DNA of 64,000 nt, from the NCBI GenBank assembly GCA_951406725.2, contig OX597815.1:48608001-48672000 (forward strand). Direction: 5' to 3'. Shown here one piece after another: positions 52,725 to 64,000 of the stretch. A program made the translations under genes and the position numbers. The notes beneath the pieces are model-generated. The model made no database searches, was not told the DNA's origin, and saw only the letters and a list, made by a program, of their open reading frames with translations. Position 1 is the stretch's first letter. Each line of letters begins with the position of its first letter. This DNA is from Octopus vulgaris (taxonomy: Eukaryota).

Positions 52725-53340
52725 CGTGACATGGCTGCAGGGTTAAGAAGGTTGCTTTACAACCAAATGGCTTTGGGTTCAGTCCCCCTTGCACGACACC
52801 TTGAGTAAATCTCTTCTACTGTAGCTCGAGGCCACTCAATGCCTTGTGAATGGGTTCAGTAGGCAGAAAGTGTGTGGAAACTCATTGTATATATGTTTGT
52901 GTTCGTGTGTCTTTATATTTGTGTTTGTTCCCACGGTCCATCAATTGGTTACCATTACATTCCTGTAAAAGTAACCAATAGAATACGTACCAGACTTTGA
53001 AAACTAAGTACTGAGGTCAATTTGTTTGACTAATCTCTTCAGAATGGTGCCTCAATACAGCTGAAACAGGTAAAACATAATATCTATAAGATGCGTATGC
53101 ATCCATCATCATCATTGTCATATTTTTCTTCTTTTAATATCCGTTTTTCATGCTGGCATGAGTTGGACAGTTTGACCAGAGCTGTCAAACAGGTGAGCCG
53201 CACCAGGTTCAAGTCTGATCTGGCTTGGTTTCTACAGTTGGACGCCCTTCCTAATTCCAACCACTTTACAGTGTATGCTGAGGGTTTTTAACATAACACT
53301 GGTACAAACACTTTTAGGTGGCACTGACGCAAGTGCTTTT
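52725..53340. mobile_element. Old family A SINE (plus, 52725-53075) followed by family B (minus, 53104-53340)
   Basis: Diverged consensus matches. Confidence 0.72.
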
Positions 53341-54113
53341 TTATGTATGTATGTTGTATGTATGTATAAAATTTACTTAAACTTACAGTGGAAACCAGAA
53401 GAAACAATAATACAATCTCATGGTTCAGTCTCTCCCCCTTGTTGCCTTATAGCAGCCTGACACGTCTATTTTGTAATATAAAGGTGTACTTACACACTGG
53501 GAAAGTGTCTAAGCATGCAAAAAAAAAACCCCAAAAAATAAACAAAAACATGTCTAGTTAAAATTATATGCAAGAGAACTCATAAAATGTCTATTCTATG
53601 TCAGCTCTATGTAGACCTCTATATTCTTGAAAGAATTCATGAATAGCTGTCTTGCTAAGTTGTCAACAAAAACTCTTTCCCTGCCGTATTTGTGTCCTTC
53701 TGTGAATGCAGTTGCGAAAAAACAAATATGTTTACTTTGAAGATGCATTTGGATGTGCATGTGGTACGCATGTTTTTGTTATTAATATTACTATATTTTC
53801 AAATGATTATGCATGTTTATATGTATACTGTTAGAATATCTCTTTTGTTTGTTCCTTTATTTGAAGTTTGTTGTTACTGTTTTATCTTTTCCTGGTTTTC
53901 TCAGAAATTGTCTTTTACTCTTCTTCATACCCACTCCTTTATAGAAAACATCTGATAGCAGCCATAAAAAAAAATGATTACAAAAAAAAAAAAGAACAGG
54001 AACAACAAAATACATTCTTACCATCATCCATAAACTGCAATACAACAGCACTAAGAACAACAATATTAGGAAAGTTAAGTAAAATAAAAGGCCCCAGTAA
54101 AAAAAAAAAAAAG

Positions 54114-54160
<47 letters not shown>

Positions 54161-54736
54161 GCCTGTCCATATGTACGAAATGTTCATAGGATAATGCTGA
54201 TATCTGCTCAACTTTTGAGAGTCTGATGTTATAAATTGACAAGCACATTTCTTTCATCTCCTGTGGCATATAAAAACACCAAAATAACGTCCTACCACAA
54301 CCACAAGGATACTGGTATTCTAAAGACAAACAAACTTAGATATTGTTATATCCAGCTGGTGGATGGCACAATAAGTAAATAAGTATTATACACCTCATAT
54401 TTCTATGCATTGTTTGTTGTTTTTTTTTGTTTGTTTGTCTGCGTCTTTAAAGAAGACCTTCATTGGTGTGTTTTGATCTTAACGGCAGAGTTCTTTTTTC
54501 TAGTTCTCTGTAAACCTATTACCAATGGCAAAACCCCACCCCCCAAAACAGAAAAAAAAAACAAACTCCAAAACTCTGAATGACTGGAATATTAGACTAT
54601 TACGTCTTAGATTGTGAGTTCGTGCTAGACTCAATTCATTCCACTTGATCTTGCTTGAAGGAAAAATACATTATTTTGTTTCAATTTAATGTACTGCAGG
54701 GCTTCTATGAAAGTTATTGACAATAGACCAGCTTGG

Positions 54737-54793
<57 letters not shown>

Positions 54794-55534
54794 ACAGAGG
54801 GAGAGAGAGATGGAGAGCATCTAGTCATCTTCATTTAGAAAAATAACTTAATGTTTTTCCATATTTTCCTACTCCTCAAAATCATAACTGACTGTAAATT
54901 TGAATCTGCATCAGCTTCTTCTAACTGAACATTCAATCAATCAATAAGTCTAACGATAACATTGTCAAGTTACATAACAACTAAATTTTCAAATTTTCCA
55001 AAGACCATACTAAAACAATTATACACACATACACACAGACATACTCACACTTATATAATCTTTACATACTTCTAAATATGCACGAGTGTGTGTGTGTGTA
55101 TTCACACATATACAGAAATACTGGACGCACGCTTTTCACTTGGTCCAATTATCCTTTCCTATTCTATTGATTCCATGTCTATCCTATCTTTCAGAAAGAA
55201 AGTGAATACCTGAAATGTTAAAGACATTTCTTTCTCCATTTTTATTATTCCATTTCCTAATACCAACTGTTTGTTAAACCCTATAGTTTTTGAACCAGCC
55301 ATATCCGGCTCAAATATTCTATTTGTTTTATGTTCAAACTGGCCAGATCCAGCCTCTCACACCTACTCTACAATGTCATTATAAAAATAAGCAATCATAT
55401 TATCAAAATTTCGATAATAATAAGAAAATGTTAAAAACAGTTTACAAGAAAGTATTTAACAAAATATTCAACAAAAAGTATTAGGAGTTCAATATAAATC
55501 ATTTTTATATGGTAGCATATATATATATGTATAC

Positions 55535-55566
<32 letters not shown>

Positions 55567-55622
55567 TTAAGAATTTACAAAAAATTAGAGAGAAACCAAC
55601 CTGTCTTTTTGGCATTTTTTCT

Positions 55623-55675
<53 letters not shown>

Positions 55676-55709
55676 GTTTATTTATTTATAATCTCATCTT
55701 TTGCATTTT

Positions 55710-56063
55710 GTTTGTTTTAGTCATTAGACTGTGGCCATACTGGGGCACCACTCTGAAGAATTTTGAGTCGAATGTATCCACCTCAGGATTTATGTTTTAA
55801 AGTCTGGTACTTATTCTATTTTCTTTAGCTGAACCAGTAAGTTATAGGAATGCAAAACCACCAGTCGTCAAGTAATGATCAGGGGACATAGACAAAAAGA
55901 CACATACACACACAAAGCTATACATATATAAGCACAGCAGTGGCTGTGTGGTTCCGGGTTCAGTCCCATGAAATGGCACCTTGGGCAAGTGTGTTCTACT
56001 ATAGCCTAGGATTGACCAAAGCCTTGTGAGTAGATTTGGTAGACGATAACTTAAAGAAGCCCG

Positions 56064-56120
<57 letters not shown>

Positions 56121-56572
56121 GTTATTTGTGTGTCTGTGTTTGTCTCCCGGCCATTGCTTCACAACCAATATTGGTGTGTGTACATCCCTATAACTTAGCG
56201 GTTTGGCAAAAGACATTGATAGAATAAGTATTAGGCTTACAAAGAATAAGTTCTGGGGTCGATTTGTTCAAAAAGGGTGGTGGTCCAGCATGGCTGCAGT
56301 CAAATGACTGCAACCAGTAAAAGAATTAAAAAATAAAAGAATATATATATATATAAAATTAGCATGAAGCCTTAAGGATACAGTGAGCATCAACCTATTT
56401 AGAAATGGGAGCTAATTTTCTTTCAGTTCCCATCTACCAAATCCACTCACAAGGCTTTGATCAACCTGAGGCTATAGTGGAAACACCTGCCCAAGGTGCC
56501 ACACAGTGGGATTGAATCTGGAACCATGTGAATAGGCAGCAAGCTTCTTACCACAGAGCCATACCTGCACCT
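55710..56572. mobile_element. Family A cluster: minus 3' half (55710-55900), plus copy (55935-56340), minus 5' half (56419-56572)
   Basis: A plus-strand copy inserted in the middle microsatellite of a minus-strand copy. Confidence 0.82.
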
Positions 56573-56731
56573 ACACCTACACACACACACATATACATAA
56601 AATACAAAATGGGACAAGAACGCAAAGCATCCAGACAGTTAGGAGATACAAAAAAGGACAAGACATCCAGATAGACAATACAAAGAAAACAAGGATGGGT
56701 CATTTTGAGTTTTCTTTCCTATGTATATATA

Positions 56732-57088
56732 TCATCATCATCATCATCATCATCATCATCGTTTAACATTCGTTTTCCGCGCTAGCACGGGTTGGACGGT
56801 TCGACCGGGGTCTGGGAAGCCAGGAGCTGCACCAGGCTCCAGTCTGATCTGGCAGAGTTTCTACAGCTGGATGCCCTTCCTAACGCCAACCACTCCACGA
56901 ATGTAGTGGGTGCTTTTACGTGCCACCTGCACAGGTGCCAGGGGAGTCCGGCATTGGCCACGTTCGGATGGTGCATTTTATGTGCCACCTGCACTGGAGC
57001 CAGTCGAGGCAGCGCTGGCATCGGCCACATTCAGATGGTGCTTTTTATGTGCCACCAGCACAGAAGCCAGTCGAGGCAGTGCTGGCAA
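56732..57088 (-). mobile_element. Family B copy
   Basis: (CAT)n-CGTTTAAC...GGATGCCCTTCCTAACGCCAACCAC. Confidence 0.85.
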
Positions 57089-57098
57089 CATATATATA

Positions 57099-57216
<118 letters not shown>

Positions 57217-57238
57217 TGTGTATACATATATATTTGTA

Positions 57239-57265
<27 letters not shown>

Positions 57266-57269
<4 letters not shown>

Positions 57270-57548
57270 TCTTATAATTATGAGTATAATTATAATTAGG
57301 GTTCATCAAAGAAATTTGCTTCACCACATACCAAAATTTAGAAATAGCAGCCAAAACTTGCTATTTCTCTATTATAAGAAAAATTTCAGTATGTGGTGAA
57401 GCAAATTTCTTTGCTGAACCTTAATTATAATTATACTCATAATTATAAGAATTTTTGTTTTACTGATAATGGTTCTTTTAAAATATCAACTACTTGGTAA
57501 AATTATTAATTATTAATTAATTAATTAATTAATTAATTAATTAATTTT
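57266..57548 (+). mobile_element. Fold-back Penelope-like 3' fragment
   Basis: Arms 57266-57339 and 57381-57454 are near-perfect reverse complements; tail TACTTGGTAAAATT followed by (TAAT)n. Confidence 0.78.
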
Positions 57549-57550
57549 AA

Positions 57551-57905
57551 GCACCGTCCGTTCGTGGCCGGTTGCCAGCTCTGTCTGGCCCCGTGTCGGT
57601 GGCACGTAAAAGCACCATCCGTTCGTGTCCGTTGCCAGCATCGCTTGGCCCCGTGCCGGTGACACGTAAAAGCACCATCCGTTCGTGGCCGTTCGCCAGC
57701 TCTGTCTGGCACCTGTGCAGGTGGCACGTAAAAAACACCCACTACACTCACGGAGTGGTTGGTGTTAGGAAGGGCATCCAGCCGTAGAAACACTGCCAGA
57801 TCTGACTGGGCCTGACGAAGCCTTCCAGCTTCACAGACCCCAGTTAACCCGTCCAACCCATGCTAGCATGGAAAGCGGACGCTAAACAATGATGATGATG
57901 ATGAT
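57551..57905 (+). mobile_element. Family B copy
   Basis: Internal GGCACGTAAAAGCACC repeats, GGAAGGGCATCCAGCCGTAGAAAC, (GAT)n tail. Confidence 0.87.
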
Positions 57906-59087
57906 ATATATATATACACACATATATATTAGTAAATATTTGTAAGGATTTGAAGGTTTATGATTCGAGTTATTTGCTTACTAAATCACTGGTATTGAGA
58001 CAATCAAGAAAGTGGTAATTATGTATGACGTCATCAATATTTAGTTACTCTTTAAATTCTTGGTGAGGGACCCGCATGTCTGATTAAACATGTACGTGTT
58101 AATACTTGTAGCTTTAATACTTGTAGCTTTATTGTCTTTCAAACAGTTTAATTAGCTTTAAACATAGCAAGGTTTATAATATTAGTTTATTATAAGTACT
58201 TTCATTAGTTCCTATTTAATGAAATTTAAGTGGTTATTTAATATCATAACTTATAGTGGTGATATATTAATGAGTTTGTAGTGTTTTATTATTAACTTTT
58301 GAATGATGAAATAATGTATTTCACTCATAAAAATATTAGTTAAATTAATTTCAAATTGTGTTTTGTTTTGGAAAAAATTTTGTAAGGTTTGAACTTTCAT
58401 TATAGTATCTATAGAAGAATGGTGGGATTATTATTTATATGGACTGAAAGATGGATCTCAATTTAGCATATAATTTAGTTATTGCAGTTTACTATTAATA
58501 CCGATACAATGTACATTGGTTTAAATGTTTCTTGCTGTAGTTTTAGTAAGGTTAGTGTTTAATCCTGCCTATATATTGATTGATTGAAATAATGTGGTTA
58601 GTAAGCTTTAGTTTTATATTACACTGCGGAGGATGGTAGGGATTATAATTTTGTATGACTTAATAGAGTTGTCGCTGTTTAGTTAGGTATTTAGGAGTGC
58701 TTGTAATTTACTTATGGAATTTATTTATTGATACGGCTGTACATTGTGTAAATGTGTTTGAAAGTTGTAGTTTCTTTGGTTTGTTTGTTCCCAAACAACA
58801 CTTATTTTAGTGCTGCTGACACCGCTGGATTAAACAGTAATACCCAGGTGCCAAAACCATAATGATGTCTGTGGGGCAGCTGATGATGGAGGTATGTTGG
58901 ATTTTTGGTATGGCTGTTTCTGTATATGTGGATTAGTATTATTGGATTGTTGGTATGGCTGAAGAATAGTATTATAACACATCCTTTATATATATAAACA
59001 ATTAACTCAAATAAATGAATAAAATTAACAGACAGCAAGAGGACATGCACAAAGAATGTATTAGCTTGACACTCGGTAAAGAGTGAG

Positions 59088-59120
59088 TTCAACATTTCGA
59101 GCATAACTCTTCATCAGAAA
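59088..59120 (-). ncRNA. Minimal hammerhead motif (CUGAUGA-A...GAAA[CG]UH type)
   Basis: UUU-CUGAUGA-A-GAGU-UAU-GCUC-GAAA-uG-UU-GAA; the ACGU palindrome appears decayed to AUGU. Confidence 0.6.
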
Positions 59121-59306
59121 GGAGAATGAAAAGAGTCCAAAGAAGGAAAAGAAATCACCAACAGCAAGTGTGTGTAGCTACATTTAGTTACATTGCAGAA
59201 GTATATACATATATATATCATTTGCTTTATTCATTCCCTAACATGATGGGCATATAGCAACAAGTCAACCAACACTAAAAATCTGCAGAGACATATCTTT
59301 ATCAAT

Positions 59307-59336
59307 GTACCTGATGGGTCGAAACAGATGTTGTAC
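59307..59336 (+). ncRNA. Ultra-short hammerhead-like motif lacking helix II
   Basis: GUAC-CUGAUGg-GUC-GAAAC-AGAU-GUU|GUAC. Perfect 4-bp helix I and A9G; lies in a ~160-bp element between TA tracts (59219-59378). Confidence 0.55.
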
Positions 59337-59396
59337 CCAAGAAAGATTTAATATTGAATCCATCTCCTGTAAATTGATATTATATATATATATATG

Positions 59397-59430
<34 letters not shown>

Positions 59431-59556
59431 TGTATGTATGTATGTATGTATGTATTATGTATGTTTTGTAATTGCACAAACTGTACTAACCAAAATTCTC
59501 TCTAAATCATTTTCTACTTCTAGAAGTGACCATAGTAGACTTTTAAAGATTAGGGT

Positions 59557-59604
59557 TCCCTGATGAGGTATAATAAGATTCAAACATACTGAAACCTCTT
59601 AGGG
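59557..59604 (+). ncRNA. Type I hammerhead motif
   Basis: UCC-CUGAUGA-GGUAU-(14 nt)-AUACU-GAAA-CCUCU-UA|GGG. Intact core, 5-bp helix II, 3-bp helix I, helix III weak. Confidence 0.55.
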
Positions 59605-59692
59605 TAGTTTCTAAAAAAATATCAAATTTTTATCCTAGGCATAAAAATTAATAATTCTTTGGAAATCATTCTCAATTTCCAGAAATTAAATG

Positions 59693-60100
59693 TAGGTGCA
59701 GGTAAATTTGTGTGGTTAAGAAACTTGCTTGACAACCATGTGGTTTCAGGTTCAATCCCATTACACAGTATCTTGGGCAAACCTTTATTATAGCCCCCTA
59801 GCTGACCAAGGCCTTGGGAATTAATTTGGCAGATGGAAATTGTATAGAAGCCTGTTGTATATACACAGAAATATCTATGTGTGTCATTGTGTCTATGTTG
59901 GCACCCTCCCCCCACTGCTTGACAATCAGTGTTGGTTTGTATACATCCCTGTAACTTAGTGGTTCAGCAAAAGAAACTCAATAAAATAAGTACTAAATTA
60001 ACAAAAAATAGGACTGGCATGAATTCGTTTGACTAAAACCCTTCAAAGGTAGAACCCCAGCATGGCTGCAATCCAATGATTAATAAAAGTAAAAAATAAA
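59693..60100 (+). mobile_element. Family A SINE
   Basis: Diverged consensus match. Confidence 0.78.
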
Positions 60101-61007
60101 AGAAATTATCTACTTTTGTTTAAGAATTTCTAATAATTACCATCAAAGTTTGTTATCCTCCTCCACCTAAGAGATGAATTTCAATTCTTTTGCTTTTGTT
60201 TATTTTTTTGAGGCGGGAGGGGTGGTATGTCATTCAGTACATCATCATCGTCTGTCCGAATTATTTAAGCTACAAACATCTGAGTTGTTTACCTTATGTT
60301 TTGTAATTATGAATTGTGTTGTCATCCTGATTTGCTCTCAGTCCTAATTTGGGTGTTTTTTCATCTTTTCCCTTTTTATCTTCTTGTCTCTTTGTTTACT
60401 TATTCTTCTGCCTCATTTTTCTTTCTGTTTTCCTTCTTTAATCACCTCCTTCCTCTTCTTCCTTCTCCTCTGTCATCTTCATCACTGCTGTCATCATCAC
60501 CAACAACTCCCATCTTATACTTCTTGCACATTCTCATCTACCTTCTTTCCTCCAACTCCCACCTTTTCTTCCACGACTACCCCTTCACTTCCAGTTCTAC
60601 ATCAAAAACCCAATATTCAAATGTGAAGAAGAACAAACAAGAGAGGTTGAGAACTAGAGAGAGAGAGAGAGCAAGAAGAAAAGAGAGAGTATATGGTAGA
60701 AAGAGAGAGGAGAGAGTAAGGGATGAATTTAAAAGACTTTTAAAGCAGGTGACAGAACATCTGTATGCAAAATAAACGATTTAATTAAAGGAAAACAGGT
60801 TTAAACTTCTTGGATAGATAGGATAGGAGAAGGAATATGCTTTCGGTTCTCTGCCACAGCAGCAGGAGGTTGGGGAGAGAAGGAAGAATTGTTATGTAAA
60901 TAAATAAATATTAAATGAATAAACGAATAAATGTAAAAAAAATGAAATATAACAGTTTATATAAACACTGAATAAAAGTCATAATTTTAATGAATACACA
61001 CATATAC

Positions 61008-61088
<81 letters not shown>

Positions 61089-61270
61089 GAGGGGGAGAGA
61101 GAAAGAGAAATGCATGTAAATACATACATACACATACATATGTACATTACATACACCATACAGTAATTATATAACCAAAAATTGTTATTTTTATTTATGT
61201 GTTTAATTCAACATTTTAAATTTTGGTTACACACATGCATATAAATGTATGCATATATATATATGCATAT

Positions 61271-61331
<61 letters not shown>

Positions 61332-61999
61332 TGCATATGTATGTGTGCATATATATATATGTTTAGGTGCATATGTGTATGTATGTGAGTGTGTGCGTTT
61401 GTGTGTGTGTGTGTGTGTGTGTGCGTGTGTGTGTGTGTGCACGCACAGTGCATAATTGAAAGAGAGAGTAGAATAAATATAAAAATGATTTGTGAAAACG
61501 TCACAAAATGAATTGAAGGTTTTAGAAAAATATAATTTTCTTTTTTAACTCCAAATTTTCCAAACTGGCAGAAAGAGAAACCCAAGACAAACAAACAAGC
61601 GAACTAAGAAAGTAACTAACAAGTGAAATGGTTATTCCTGATTATAAAAGTAGTTTACAGAAAGGGGAAATGTCTTTGATAGAAATAGCAAAAGATTGTT
61701 AAAGGAAATAATATGGTTTTGGAATTTAATTAAAATGGAGAGTGCTTCCTATTTCTTTCTTTTTACTTTTTTTTTGTTTGAGGGTTTTGTTTTATATTTA
61801 GTTTTGTTTCAGCTGTTTTCTTACAAGTGTGGAAAAGTGAATTGGATGAAAGAGAAAGAGAAAGGAGAAACAGAAAGTGATTGAGACATTGTAGAGAAAG
61901 TCAGAGAGAGAGAGAAAGAGAGAGGGGAGACAGTAAGAAGAGAGATACAGACAGATAGCTTCAGAAAGATATTTATCTGTCCATATAGTTTCTGTCATT

Positions 62000-62395
62000 A
62001 AGGCAAACTGGCAGAATCATTAGCATGCTGGGTAAAATGCTTAGCAGCATTTTATCTGTCTTTATGTTCTGAGTTCAAATTCTTCTGATGTCAACTTTGC
62101 CTTTCATCCTTTTTTGGGGTTGAAATAAGCACCTGTTATGCACTAAGGTCGATGTAATTGACTTATCCCCTGCCCTAAGTTGTTGAGGGGACAAACACAG
62201 ACACACAAACATATACACACACATACATATATATGATGGGCTTCTTTCAGTTTCCGTCTACCAAATCCACTCACAAGGCTCTGGTCGGCCTGAGGTTATA
62301 GTAGAAGACACTTGCCCAAGTTGTCATGCAGTGAGACTGAACCCGGAACCATGTGGTTGGTAAGCAAGCTACTTACCACACAGCCACTCCTGCGT
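62000..62395. mobile_element. Family M SINE (plus, 62000-62180) abutting a family A 5' half (minus, 62185-62395)
   Basis: Both consensus motifs visible. Confidence 0.82.
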
Positions 62396-62559
62396 CTATA
62401 TATAATATGATGAAAATGCTAAAGCTAGCCTGGTAAATATATTCATGGAGCAGTGTTTAGATGACAAATAAACTTAAGTAGTTTTTTTTTATATCAGAAA
62501 GTCCCAAACAAGGCAAAAGCCACTTAATGTAAGGGACTATAAAAAAGGAGAAATTAAGA

Positions 62560-62950
62560 TGAAAGAAATGAATTTACTTTAGACTTGAAAGAGTTTAGGT
62601 AGAAAGCAATGAGATGAAAGAGAGTTCCAAAGTCTGGAAGCTTGAAGAAAAAAGCCACAACCATAGAAAGACTTTCTTATACGTAGAAGCACAAGAGCAT
62701 TTGTATGAAGATGCTGTGAGTTTTGTGTCAGGCAAGTTGGCAGAAAGCGATCTGGAACTAAGCGAGAAGGATCATCAGTGATCTTCCTGTGGCAATAATG
62801 ATAGAAAGGACTAAGACTGGCAATGTCATTTCAATGTGACATGGATTGTAGATATGAAGCAAGAGAGAGACCAACCAAATTAGAGACTCACTTCTGAACC
62901 TGGTCAAGGAGATTCAAGTGATAAAATGGAGCACCTGACCAAATAATGAG
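62560..62950 (-). mobile_element. 3' end of a CR1/Jockey-like LINE
   Basis: Minus strand: FFLQASRLWNSLSS...NSFKSKVN and upstream WSGAPF.HLNLLDQVQK-like motifs. Confidence 0.65.
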
Positions 62951-64000
62951 GTTTAATGAGTATAATTACATGGAATACAAAAATACAGAGTATAAAAAGA
63001 AAGAAAAGGAGTTTTGTAAGATAAGACTTTTATATAACTCCTCTTGTTTTTGTATTCTTGATTCTGATATTCTGTATCACAGGGACCAGTAGACCATTAG
63101 GTTGGCTGTGGAGACAGCAGAGGTCACTTCATGGTGTGAGCCCTGGAAAGAGCAGTGCTACCAGGAGTAGAGTGCTAAATGTACTGGACAAAAGCTGGGG
63201 CTTTAGCAACTTTAACTGGGTCACCTCAGTCAGAGCATCTAACGTTGAAAGACCTGAAACATCTAATGACTCCAGAAAACCTTACTGATGATGTATCCAG
63301 GTGCATTACAGAATAACGTGTTGAAAAAAACACCAATATGTTATTTATCTGCCTTCCTGCTTATATATATAAACCTACAGAGTAAACATACAAACATGGT
63401 GAACTTAACTATTTCTTCATAGACTGAAAAAAAAAATGATGAACATCCTCAATCAATTTCCAAACCTTATTGGGTTCTTATCAGAGGTATCTCCATCATT
63501 TGACTAATTCCAGAGAAATAAACAACCAGCCTGTTTATATAACTTAACAAATCCAGTGGCTACTAATCTATATACCATTAGTGTTGAACACTTAATTTTC
63601 ACATCAGTGTCCTGTTAATGAGGGATCTCAGTCCACACAGTTTCAAGATATGATATATATAATATATGTAAACCTATCATGTGTGTGTGTGGAGAGAGAG
63701 AAAGAGAGTGAGAGAGAGAGAAAGAGAAAGTGAGCTAGACAGACAGATAGATTATTAAAGCAGAAAAAAAGAAAAGAAAAAGAAACAATGACTTCTCAGA
63801 ATTTCAGCATGTCCTCTCTTAGAATTGAAAGATAGAGAAGTAATAATCTGGTTGTGTTCCTTCCTATTATCCATTCCCCTCTTTCCAAATCCATTTGATC
63901 AATATATGGGTGCATTTGTGTTGACTGAGAGTGAAAGAGAGGAAGGGAAAGAGAGAGAGATGGAGAGAAGAGAAGCAGACAGTTTAAAATATTTCAGTTA

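Noticed and set aside
57920-58800. AT-rich block possibly derived from a Penelope-like ORF on the minus strand
   Set aside because: I could not read convincing RT or GIY-YIG motifs; a frameshift-aware profile search is needed.
63058-63288. GC-richer ORF-like block
   Set aside because: No recognisable protein or coherent splice structure; possibly old LINE debris adjoining 62560-62950.

Overview
AT-rich, microsatellite-saturated eukaryotic non-coding DNA. The SINE families look like those of octopus/coleoid genomes; this is recognition from memory, not a database match. No complete protein-coding gene is present. Nearly all ORFs in the track are (TA)n/(CA)n/(TAGA)n or SINE artefacts. The real coding signal is transposon debris: RTE, R4/Dong-like, CRE-like and CR1/Jockey-like LINE fragments and four mariner remnants. 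Three possible host exons are flagged at low confidence. About 35 SINE copies from roughly four families are present, often nested or in inverted pairs. The most interesting signal is absent from the ORF track: about ten type I hammerhead-ribozyme-like motifs (helix I / CUGANGA / helix II / GAAA / short, mostly palindromic helix III / NUH). They sit in short non-coding elements embedded in (TA)n tracts, which show tandem and fold-back architectures typical of Penelope-like elements and retrozymes. The best case is a young 564-bp-period element at 7113-8286 with two identical hammerheads and an inverted arm. A second, 153-bp-period element has its 5' end exactly at the predicted cleavage site. 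All folds were read by eye, most copies are degenerate, and repeat boundaries are approximate.
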